Under the pieces are notes generated by a model, which saw only the letters and a list, made by a program, of their open reading frames with translations, ran no database searches and had not been told where the DNA came from. A DNA stretch of 64,000 nt from a virus (lineage: Duplodnaviria; Caudoviricetes). This document shows positions 1 through 8,138 of the stretch, piece after piece. Numbering within the stretch: position 1 is the first letter of the stretch; each line of letters opens with the position of its first letter. The stretch lies in IMG/VR virus record IMGVR_UViG_3300038379_000133, positions 800 through 64,799 of that record. The stretch is one strand, 5' to 3'. Position numbers and translations under genes: made by a program.

Positions 1-330
1 AATCAGCGCTCGCAGGATCGGCACTAGAAACACCAGCACCCAAGCGTCGGCTTCTCCGCGCGATGCGTCCGCGCCGAGATGACAGACCTCCTCGCGCATG
101 GCCGATGTGATCTCGTTCAGCCGCTTGTCGCACGATATCTCTGCGATAGTCGCGAGGATGTCGACTGCTTCCGGTATTTCGCATGGATCGACCAGCTCGC
201 GTCGCGATGCTAGTTCCGACGGCACGGTTGCGCCGTGCGCTACGAATACGATCTCTTCTAGACCCGGTCCGCAAAGAGCGACGCAGATCAGTGCATCGAG
301 GTTTACCGGAGAACGCACGATATACTTCAT
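1..330 (-). CDS. Hypothetical protein, runs off the left edge (MKYIVRSPVNLDALICVALCGPG...)
   Basis: Not in ORF track; hand translation is open from ATG 330 to base 1; GGAGG RBS; ATGA overlap with the helicase stop. Confidence 0.7.
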   Translation of the reverse strand, partial: MKYIVRSPVNLDALICVALCGPGLEEIVFVAHGATVPSELASRRELVDPCEIPEAVDILATIAEISCDKRLNEITSAMREEVCHLGADASRGEADAWVLVFLVPILRALI

Positions 331-1928
331 ATCGGACCTCCTACTTGGGCAGCCGCATCGACGGAGCCATCAATGATTGCTGTCTTGCTCGCTAGCACCT
401 CAGCGATGCGTCGATCGAGCGCGTGGTCTGCGATGAGGCGCGTGATGATGACGCCGCGGTCTTGTCCGAGGCGACAGATCCGATCCTCTGCTTGTGCGTT
501 GAGCACAGGCGTCCAGTCCTGGTCGACGAACACTGCGCGATGTGCGCGCGTCAAGGTGATCGCGACGCCACCGGCCTGGATGGTAGCCGCAACGCCGCGC
601 AGTTCGCCGCGTTGAAAGCGAGCCTCGATCTCGGTGCGTGCTGTCGCCGGCGTGTCGCCTGTGATCGCAGCCCAGCCATCCCTAGTCCCGAGATGATCGA
701 TCGGCGCTCGATGCGCGGAGAACACCACGATCGGCTCGTCGGCCTCTTCGATGTCCGCGACGATCTCGACGAGCGCCGGGAGCTTCGCCGTCGCGAGCGA
801 AGCGCGCACCTCACTCATGCGCGAGAATGCGACCGTACGAGCGCGCGTCATCGCTGCTTCGTCTGCTGCGTTTGCGATGTCTACGCCCATCGCTGCTAAC
901 TCCGCGACGAGGGCGTCGCAGTCCTTGCGTGTCGCGTAATCGATCTCGACATCGATGTCGTCCCATGTTTTCGGCGGGAGCTCCGGCAAGACATCCTTGC
1001 GCAAGCGCCTCAGCATGACGCGCGAGAGCGCCTGTGCCGCCTCCGGTCTTGGGAGACCCCACACATAGCCGCCCCATTTGGCCTTGCGGCCTGAAAACGC
1101 GCGCACGAATGCAGGCCACGAGCCGAACGCCTCGGCGTCTAGCCCGGCGGCTGCGAGCACGTTCCACAAGTCGACTGGTCGAGACGTCAGTGGTGTCGCC
1201 GTGATCAAGATGACCTTGCCTGCCGCTGCGCGCGCTGCGCGCGTCACGGCGCGCAAGCGCTTGGTGCGCTGCGCCTTCGACGACTTCACAGCGTGTGCTT
1301 CATCGACAATGACGACGCAGCCGGCCGGCGCCAGCCCAGCCTCTTTTGGCAAGATGTCGTAGTTCGTGATGATCATCTCGCCAAGCACAGGCCAGCGAAA
1401 GGATCCGCGACCTGCGAGCACCGCGACCGCGAGATCCGGTCGCCATTTCGCCGCCTCGCGGCGCCACACGCCCTTGGCGACGGCTGGGCAGACGACCAAG
1501 ATGGGCGCGCTGATTGGAGCTGCTACAAGCGCCTGGATCGTCTTGCCGGTTCCCATCTCGTCGGCGAGGAGCGCTGCCGAGCGCGAGGCGAGCCAGGATG
1601 CTCCGGCGCGCTGGAACGGATACAGACGCTCGCTGAGCGCTGTGAGCGCGTTGTCGACCGCTATGACTCCCTCTTCTGCGGAGGTTACAGCCGCGAGCGC
1701 CGACACAAGCGCTGCGCTCGCTACGACGCCGAATCCGCGCGATTCTAGCTCGCGTCGCAAGCGCTCTGCTGCCTCGATGGGCGCGCGGTTGACTCGCGCG
1801 CTACTGTCCCATCGCGCTCCGGCCGCTCGACACGCCTCGCGATATGCCCCGAACGCATCGCCTGCTAGGTACGCGTCGGGAGACGCTGCTACGTCCAGCC
1901 CGAGCGCGTCCATGCGTATCGTGTGCAT
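327..1928 (-). CDS. SNF2-family helicase/ATPase, possible N-terminal HARP-like segment
   Basis: LLADEMGTGKT (motif I), VDEAH (II), ITATP (III), QAEDRICRLGQ (VI). Start moved from 1976 to ATG 1928 because 1929-1976 contains a promoter. Confidence 0.92.
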   Translation of the reverse strand: MHTIRMDALGLDVAASPDAYLAGDAFGAYREACRAAGARWDSSARVNRAPIEAAERLRRELESRGFGVVASAALVSALAAVTSAEEGVIAVDNALTALSERLYPFQRAGASWLASRSAALLADEMGTGKTIQALVAAPISAPILVVCPAVAKGVWRREAAKWRPDLAVAVLAGRGSFRWPVLGEMIITNYDILPKEAGLAPAGCVVIVDEAHAVKSSKAQRTKRLRAVTRAARAAAGKVILITATPLTSRPVDLWNVLAAAGLDAEAFGSWPAFVRAFSGRKAKWGGYVWGLPRPEAAQALSRVMLRRLRKDVLPELPPKTWDDIDVEIDYATRKDCDALVAELAAMGVDIANAADEAAMTRARTVAFSRMSEVRASLATAKLPALVEIVADIEEADEPIVVFSAHRAPIDHLGTRDGWAAITGDTPATARTEIEARFQRGELRGVAATIQAGGVAITLTRAHRAVFVDQDWTPVLNAQAEDRICRLGQDRGVIITRLIADHALDRRIAEVLASKTAIIDGSVDAAAQVGGPI

Positions 1929-1935
1929 GGCGCTC

Positions 1936-1976
1936 GTTGTACTATGTGCACGGTGTGGTGTCAACACTTTTGTCAA
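1936..1976 (-). promoter_or_regulatory. Sigma70-like promoter, TTGACA-N17-TACAAC, with a second TTGACA 12 bp upstream
   Basis: Minus-strand TTGACA at 1964-1959 and 1976-1971; TACAAC at 1941-1936; ATG 1928 lies 7 nt downstream with no SD. Confidence 0.6.
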
Positions 1977-2061
1977 CTCCTCTCAGGTCCGGGTGCTGTC
2001 CGAAGTAGGACACCAGCGGCGAAACTAGGAACAATGGCGCGCGCGGGCTTGTCGGCATGTT

Positions 2062-2421
2062 TCAGCGGCCAGGCCGACGCCGACGCGGCTTGGCCTCGTT
2101 GCGCCAAGGTTCCATCCCAGGAAGATGCGCCTGCTCGCCGCCCGCGTCCTCCACGGGCGCAGCCTGGAGGGTCACGTCCTGGCCGGGGTAGTCTACCCGT
2201 TTGCCGGCGAACGCCTCCGCCACGGTGATGAGCTGGATGCGTGGGTAGCCGCGGCCCCATGTGCGCGAGTGCCACACGCCCGCCTTCTTCGCCTCAAGGC
2301 GCATCTCGGCGGTTGGCTCGTTCATGGAGAACAGGACGCCGATGGGTGCGTCTTCGCGCTCGATCGTCCCGCGAAGTTCTCGCACCAAGAGCGTGTTCAC
2401 GTTAGGTTGGCGATCTAGCAT
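2062..2421 (-). pseudogene. C-terminal fragment of an Mrr-like restriction endonuclease domain (type fused to DNA methylases)
   Basis: VRELRGTIEREDAPIGVLFSMNEPTAEMRLEAKKAG...YPRIQLITVAEAFAGK matches that domain's C-terminal half; the catalytic N-terminal half and MTase are absent. Confidence 0.7.
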
Positions 2422-2679
2422 AGGCGCCCTCGTAGGCTCAACGTTGTCGGCGGGCTTCTCGACATCGTTGCGCGAGCCCTCCGTCGAAGCACTCGCGGCT
2501 GCCACCCGTCGGCAAACTGGCGAGCTAGTTGTTTTCTGTTGACACTGTACATCGATGACAACCGGATCGACGATGCGATCAAGGATCAGTTCAACCGCTT
2601 CTTGACTTCGGGCAGAGTCGCTACCGTGATCGCCGCGGACATCTTCGCAGCGGAAAACGGACGGCGCCTCCGCTGGGAG

Positions 2680-2749
2680 TCTGGTGTCGCAGGGCGGGGT
2701 GCAGACCTCTTGCATCTGGGAGCCGCCCGGAGTGCGGAATGCGTCCAGA
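2680..2749 (+). ncRNA. Long irregular hairpin of unknown class directly 5' of the tRNA-like element
   Basis: Nested pairings TCTGG/CCAGA, TCGCA/TGCGG, GGGCGG/CCGCCC, GGTGCAG/TTGCATC closing loop ACCTC. Confidence 0.3.
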
Positions 2750-2755
2750 AACAAC

Positions 2756-2833
2756 GCCCCCGCCGGCGGAACCTGGGCCGTCCAGGACCTACTAAACCAC
2801 GGGACTTCGGTTCGACTCCGAACAGGGGCGCTA
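2756..2833 (+). tRNA. Degenerate tRNA-like element (pseudo-tRNA)
   Basis: Acceptor GCCCCCG/CAGGGGC (6 of 7 pairs), D-stem GGCG/CGTC with GG in loop, variable loop GGGAC, perfect T-arm TTCGG-TTCGACT-CCGAA; anticodon stem does not pair (loop CT-ACT-AA); ends G-CTA not CCA. Confidence 0.45.
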
Positions 2834-2864
2834 ACGCGACTCGGCGATGAAGCCTTGCCACGCA

Positions 2865-4075
2865 CTAACCAGGCAGCAAGGTTACCATGTTCATCGCCGA
2901 GGTCAATTCCGTCGTTGACATGTCGACCACAAGATCGAACCAGTCCCGGGCGTTGACTAGCTTCCGGTTGTGTCTGTCGCGATCGGCCTGAGAGCATGTG
3001 CAGCGCTCGGTGCTAGCGTAGCCGCACGGACACGGATTCGCCGTCGCGACCACCTGGAAAGATGCCGGATACGTGATGACTTCACGATCGCAAGCGATGC
3101 GCGCGCAGCGCTCTTTCTGTGCTTGCTGGATCGATTTGAGCGCCGTTCGTCGAAACTCGGGCAATTCGTCGAGGAAGAGCACGCCGTTGTGCGCGAGGGA
3201 AACCTCGCCGGGGCGGACGAGCCGGCCACCGCCGACCAGAGCGGCGTCCGAAGCCGTATGGTGCGGTGCGCGAAACGGCCGCTCGCGGATGAGCCCACCG
3301 GCGCGCGTGAGCCCTGCGACCGAATGGATGCGCGTCGTTTCGATCGCTTCGTCGAGGGAGAGCGGTGGCAGAAGCGACGGCAGGCGCCGCGCGAGCATCG
3401 TCTTGCCCGAACCCGGCGGCCCGAACAAGAGCAGGTTGTGGCGGCCTGCTGCCGCGATTGCAAGCGCGTGCTTGGCTCGCTCTTGGCCTTTAATATCTAG
3501 GACATCTAGGGGGGCCGGGGCGTCGGTCACGAGCGCGCCTCGGGGCGTGGGCGCTGGCAATTCACGCTCGCCGCGCAGGCACGCTACTACCTCGGCGAGG
3601 GAATCCGCGATGCGCACGTCGTCGCCAAACAGTGACACCTCATCGCTGTTCCAGGAGGGTAGCACCGCTCCCATGCCGTGCGCTCTTGCCAGTTCAGCGA
3701 TCGGCATGGCTCCCCGAATTGGACGAAGCGCGCCGGAAGGCGCCAGCTCGCCGGCGTAGATCCCTCCTTTCGTTGCGCCTCGTGGGATGACCCCAGCGGC
3801 TTCGAGCAACCGCGAGCGCGAGCGGCAGATCGTGCCCCGTGCCCTCCTTGGGGAGATCCGGCGGGCGCGAGAGTCGCCGTCGCGCGCCGCGTCCCAAGCA
3901 CGTCGTACCCTGCGTTGTCGAGCGCGGATTTGACGCGCTCGCAGCTCTCGCGCGCCGCGTTTCCCGCGAGCCCGACGATGTGGAAATACGGGAGCCCTGG
4001 AGCGAGGTCGACCTCGACACGCACGAGCACCGCCTCGACGCCGCGCAGAGCGGCGCTAGCACAATGACTGATCAT
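2865..4075 (-). pseudogene. comM: ComM/YifB (Mg-chelatase-related AAA+) homolog, frameshifted and C-terminally truncated
   Basis: GVEAVLVRVEVDLAPGLPYFHIVGL, DLPKEG..DLPLALA, GPPGSGKT, RPFRAPHHTAS, GEVSLAHNGVLFLDELPEF, NPCPCG spread over three frames; two apparent +1 insertions near 3860 and 3810; stop soon after DWFDLVVDM. Confidence 0.88.
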
Positions 4076-4452
4076 GACTGCCTCCCTTTGCTCGTGATCA
4101 CGACAGGGCCATCCTCAAATTCGAGCGCGAGGCGCGCAACGCGCTTGAGTCCACGGAATGCGTACCATCGCCCGCGCGCATGGACTTCGCCGCCGTCGTG
4201 CGGACCGCGCACCGTGTCCATGTCGCACCAGATCGGATGAATCCCGAGTCGGCACAGCCGATCGAGCACCGACAGCGGTGCGACGACCACGATGTCATCT
4301 GCCTTGCTCGCAGCGTATCGCTCCGCGATGTGCTGCGCCGAATCGAACGGCCTCGGGTCGCGCAGGATCTCGCACGGCTCGCCGGCGGCTGCTTCGAGCG
4401 CTCGCACCTGCGACGCGAGCGGCTCGTGTTGCGATGCCCAGTAGATTGTCAT
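4072..4452 (-). CDS. Small alpha/beta protein, possible Csx15/Csx16/Csx20-like
   Basis: 126 aa ORF with RBS and ATGA overlaps at both ends; N-terminal YWASQHEP and DDIVVVAPLSVLDRLCRLG. Family assignment is tentative. Confidence 0.75.
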   Translation of the reverse strand: MTIYWASQHEPLASQVRALEAAAGEPCEILRDPRPFDSAQHIAERYAASKADDIVVVAPLSVLDRLCRLGIHPIWCDMDTVRGPHDGGEVHARGRWYAFRGLKRVARLALEFEDGPVVITSKGRQS

Positions 4453-5203
4453 GCGTCCCTCTCTGTGTTTGGCTGTTCGGCCGTCGCGTAACCCAACACC
4501 GCCGCGCGCAGGGCGCGGTCACCCGCCTCAGCGGCCGCAGCGAGCTGATCGATGGCCGCGCCGAGCACGCCACGATACGACTCGATCTTCGCTCGCAATT
4601 CGTGCATGCGAGCAAGGCGCCGCTCGACGACAAACTCCGGCGTGTCGGCTCCGATCGTCGAGACGGACTGATGCCAGTCCGAGATCAGCGCGCGAAGATG
4701 CGTGATGACCGCCTCGCCGATCGCCTGATCTGTGTCCGCATCGCCGGCAGCGATGCGGTAGGTCGCTAGCGAGCCGCCGATGCGTGCGAGTAGCTCGCGC
4801 AGCCGCTCGACGAGCTCCGCATGAGCCACCGGCACGAAGTATGCCCCACCGGCTTCGCGCACCGACACGAGGTCCGCGCCAGCGCTCTCGACGAGACGTT
4901 GCACGAGTCGCGTCACGTCCGCCGAGGTTCGCGCTGCGAGGTGCGCATCTACCAGCTCGCGGCACCGCTGTTCGAGGTGATGCGGAAGCGCACCAGAGTC
5001 TCGGAGTCGCGTCGGTATTGCGTGATGACGCGTCCTTTCTCCATGTCGTGCAGCGCTCGGCGCAGCGCGTGTCCGTGCGCCATTTCCCGCGCGAGCGCGG
5101 GATCCCACTGGCACGCTGCGAGCGCATCTCGCAGGATAGTCACAGACACAGATGACGATCGCCATGTCACGATCCATCCACGACCAAGATCATTAGTTTC
5201 CAT
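4449..5203 (-). pseudogene. DUF6744-like protein broken by an internal deletion/frameshift
   Basis: N-half (GWIVTW...RVITQ...VRFRIT) in frame 5203-4949; C-half (RTSADVTRLVQRL...GGAYFVP...) in frame 5177-4449; junction near 4975-4985; family middle segment appears missing. Confidence 0.65.
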
Positions 5204-5395
5204 TCATCTACCTCCCTGTTTGGGTTGGTTGATCGTTCTCACACAGAACACCAGCACCCTGTCAGCCGGCGATAATCTCTTTCGCGCGACGATCTCCTTC
5301 GCCTCGCGTGTGGGGCTCCGGTGCGCCGCATCGCCATTATGTTCGCGAGCCCTCGGCGGAATGCGTGTGCGCTTTCGTCTTCTGTGACGCGTCAC
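5204..5395 (-). CDS. Possible small hypothetical protein
   Basis: Open frame fills the gap between the vWA and DUF6744-like genes; start codon unclear (GTG overlaps the AGGAGG). Confidence 0.3.
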   Translation of the reverse strand: MTRHRRRKRTRIPPRAREHNGDAAHRSPTREAKEIVARKRLSPADRVLVFCVRTINQPKQGGR

Positions 5396-5414
5396 CTCCT
5401 TTGTGGCGCAGGTG

Positions 5415-6773
5415 TTAGATGCGCAGAACCTCGGCAACCGCTTCCGTCTCGGCCGTGATGCGCGGGATCACCCACACCCTGTCCGAGACTTCGCCGATGC
5501 TGCCTGGCTCGCTTGGGCCTACCACGATCGACAGCGTCCGGGCCTGTTCCTCTCGTGCCCACGTCCGGTAGGCATCGAGCGCCTCGTCCGGTGCCTCCAC
5601 GTTCGCGTCCGTGACGACGATCACATCCGTCGCCCCTCGCTGCATGCCGCGCTCGGCGAACGACGGCCACAGCCGCGGGAGGTGCTCGAGCACATCGAGC
5701 GTCGTGCCGCCCGCGAACATGTGCTCGGCCCAAATCACGAGCTCGTCCGCCGGATCCTGCTCCGTCGGCGCGAGTACGGCGTGATGGATCTCGGACCCTG
5801 CGCCGAAGCCGACGAGCGCGCACCAGCGGCGTTCCTGTCGAGCTAGCGACGCGAGCGCGAGCGCGAGGCCCTTCGCGACGACGATCTTCTGATCGTCGTG
5901 CATCGAGCCAGACTCGTCGACGACGACGACGATCGGACCTTTTGCCGCCTGCTCGACGCGCCGCTGCCGATACGACAGGCAACGCCGCATCGCGAGACGG
6001 TAGAGCGCGAGCGTCTCGATCTCCGGTACGACGCCGGCTACCGCCGCAACCTCGGTCGGCAGTAGCCGAGCGATGTCGCCGGATAGCTCGACGCCGACGA
6101 TCTCGCCGCGCTCGGCGATCGTTTTCGCAGCTTGCGCTGCTTGCACCATCTTCGCGAGACGTCCTGCCATCGCGAAGATCCGACGCAGCGTGTTGTCGCG
6201 CTCGGCGCGCTGCATGTACGAGCGCAATGCAGCCATGTCGACGACCGCACCATCGCCGAGGCCGAGCCCGGCCATCGTCGCACGCGCCTCGGCGACTTGC
6301 TCGCTCGCTGAGGCGACCGCATCGCGCGCTGCGCGCATGCGCGCGACTTGCTGCGCGATGCTTTCGCCGCCCTCGCCGCCCTCGCCGTCCGGCTGATCTG
6401 GCAGCGTCTCCGCGTACGCTGCCCAGCGGTCTACGATCGCTCGCGACGCGAGCGCAGACATGACCTCATCGAGCGCGGTTTCGCGTGCGAGCGCTCGAAA
6501 CTCCGGCGTCGACATCATGTCGGTCCAGAACTTCGCCCGCTCACGATCCGCGGGCCGCTCAGCGACGACAGGAGCTGGCTCGTAGAGCGCCGTGTGCGCG
6601 TCGCATACGACTTCATCCGGCGGCGCCTCGAGGCCCGCGTCGAGCCATGACTCGGCGACGAGCCGAGCCTGGCGCCGTCCCCATCGATCTACCTCGAGCA
6701 CGGTCTTCGACGCCGGTCGCGCCGGCGACGTCGCGATCTCGTTGAGCCCGAGAGCTGTCGTGTCGGCGCTCAC
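5415..6773 (-). CDS. vWA (MIDAS) domain protein, ViaA/CoxE-like partner of MoxR ATPase
   Basis: PIVVVVDESGSM (DxSxS), GGT, VIVVTD; preceding GVELSGDIARLLPTE segment; ATGA-coupled to the AAA+ gene. Confidence 0.9.
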   Translation of the reverse strand: MSADTTALGLNEIATSPARPASKTVLEVDRWGRRQARLVAESWLDAGLEAPPDEVVCDAHTALYEPAPVVAERPADRERAKFWTDMMSTPEFRALARETALDEVMSALASRAIVDRWAAYAETLPDQPDGEGGEGGESIAQQVARMRAARDAVASASEQVAEARATMAGLGLGDGAVVDMAALRSYMQRAERDNTLRRIFAMAGRLAKMVQAAQAAKTIAERGEIVGVELSGDIARLLPTEVAAVAGVVPEIETLALYRLAMRRCLSYRQRRVEQAAKGPIVVVVDESGSMHDDQKIVVAKGLALALASLARQERRWCALVGFGAGSEIHHAVLAPTEQDPADELVIWAEHMFAGGTTLDVLEHLPRLWPSFAERGMQRGATDVIVVTDANVEAPDEALDAYRTWAREEQARTLSIVVGPSEPGSIGEVSDRVWVIPRITAETEAVAEVLRI

Positions 6774-7891
6774 GACGCGAGCTCCGCAGCCTTGCTCGGG
6801 TCGATCCCGAGCAAAGCCGCCTGGATCGTGATGCGCTGCGCGCGCACATGCGCGAGCGCTTTCGCCGCTCGACCGTTGCCGCCTTGCGCTGCGAGCGCCG
6901 CCAGCTCGCGCTCGCTCGCTTGTAGTTTCTTGGTTGCGGCAATCTTCGTCGCAACGTCCGCGCCGTTCGCGGCGCTCGTCGCCGCGTCATCCGCGGCGAG
7001 CAAGATTGCCGCGACCTGCGCTCCCGTCGGGTTCGCGACGCGCGTGACGATCTCGTCGGTCGCCGCGATGGCCTCCGGCGTCGGCCGATCCCACAAGACG
7101 TCGCGCAGCGCCTCGAGGTGCGCCGGCGTGACCGACGCCGCGCCATCGATGACCGCCGCGGCCCGAGCGATCTTCACGGCCGCGCGGAGGCGCCGATCGG
7201 ACGGACGCACACACGCAGCCGCGAGCTGCTCGAGGATGTCGTCGAGCGCGACGTACGCCGCCTCGTCGACGACGATCGCCTCGGCTGCGCGCTGCGCGGC
7301 CTCGAGGTCCGCGAGCGTTGCGACCGGCGTGACCGCCGGCAGCGCCTCGCGCAAGAGCCGCGCACGGCCGGTCCGCGAAAGCGGCCGCACTTCGCGCCGA
7401 ATCAGCCAGCGATCCAAAAACGCCGCCTGCTCCGGCTCGATCGGCCATGTGTTGGCCGCGCCGATCGCCGCGACGAGCGGCACGCGGACCTGGCGTGTGC
7501 CGATGAGCGCCTGACGCTCCGGGCCGAGCACATGAAGGAGCGTGTCGGCGATCGCCGGCGACGCTCGCCCGACTTCATCGAGAAACGCGATATGCGCATC
7601 CGCGACGGACCCGGCCGTCACGTGCTCATACCGATCCTCGCGGAGCGCCGCGAGGCTGATCGGACCCCACACCGCCTCGGGCGGCGTGGTCGGCGCGAGC
7701 AGGCGCTCGCAGTAGCGAGCGCCATCGATGGTAGCCGCCACTGCGCGGCACGCCATCGACTTTGCGGTGCCGGGTGGCCCCACGAGCAGGACGTGTTCTC
7801 GCGCGACGAGCGCGAGCACGATCGCTCGCACCTCGTCGTCGCGCTCGACGAGCGCTGCCGACGCGGCGCTCGTGATATTCTCGATCGACAT
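6770..7891 (-). CDS. MoxR/RavA-type AAA+ ATPase
   Basis: LLVGPPGTAKS (Walker A), FLDEV (Walker B), AANTWP, AFLDRW, SDRR; AAGGAG RBS. Confidence 0.92.
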   Translation of the reverse strand: MSIENITSAASAALVERDDEVRAIVLALVAREHVLLVGPPGTAKSMACRAVAATIDGARYCERLLAPTTPPEAVWGPISLAALREDRYEHVTAGSVADAHIAFLDEVGRASPAIADTLLHVLGPERQALIGTRQVRVPLVAAIGAANTWPIEPEQAAFLDRWLIRREVRPLSRTGRARLLREALPAVTPVATLADLEAAQRAAEAIVVDEAAYVALDDILEQLAAACVRPSDRRLRAAVKIARAAAVIDGAASVTPAHLEALRDVLWDRPTPEAIAATDEIVTRVANPTGAQVAAILLAADDAATSAANGADVATKIAATKKLQASERELAALAAQGGNGRAAKALAHVRAQRITIQAALLGIDPSKAAELAS

Positions 7892-7942
7892 TTTGGTGTC
7901 TCCTTTCCATTGAGACGTGTGGCATTGAGAATGCGTGACAGT

Positions 7943-8125
7943 GCCGTACGAAAACGAGCGGACGAGGTTGCAGGAGCGTAGCGGTCGGCGTAGCGTAGCG
8001 GAGCCGAAGCTTTGCTAGCGTAGCGACCCCAACCTCGGGAGCGAGTTTTTCGCTCCACGCCCGGATGGACCCTGTGGTCTATTTCGGGCGGCGACTTCGC
8101 CGCCCCAACCGGGCATAGCTACGGC
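7943..8125 (-). ncRNA. Putative retron-like msr-msd ncRNA, located 3' of the RT
   Basis: Terminal inverted repeat GCCGTA/TACGGC with an unpaired G (8119) right after the 5' arm; three-way junction (8059-8114) with hairpins 8086-8105 and 8068-8079; hairpin 8038-8056; long interrupted stem 7963-8037. Confidence 0.72.
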
Positions 8126-8138
8126 GAGTGAGATGTGG

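Noticed and set aside
2756-2833. tmRNA, tRNA-Pyl or tRNA-Sec
   Set aside because: No Ala acceptor identity or tag ORF for tmRNA; CTA triplets are present but stems and lengths do not fit Pyl; no UCA anticodon or long variable arm for Sec.
2062-2997. 311-aa ORF as a single gene
   Set aside because: Only the last about 115 aa are protein-like; the 5' part overlaps the comM end and the antisense of the tRNA-like element.
5384-5395. 12-bp palindrome GTGACGCGTCAC
   Set aside because: Single occurrence overlapping an RBS-like sequence; no second copy or associated promoter; could be chance.
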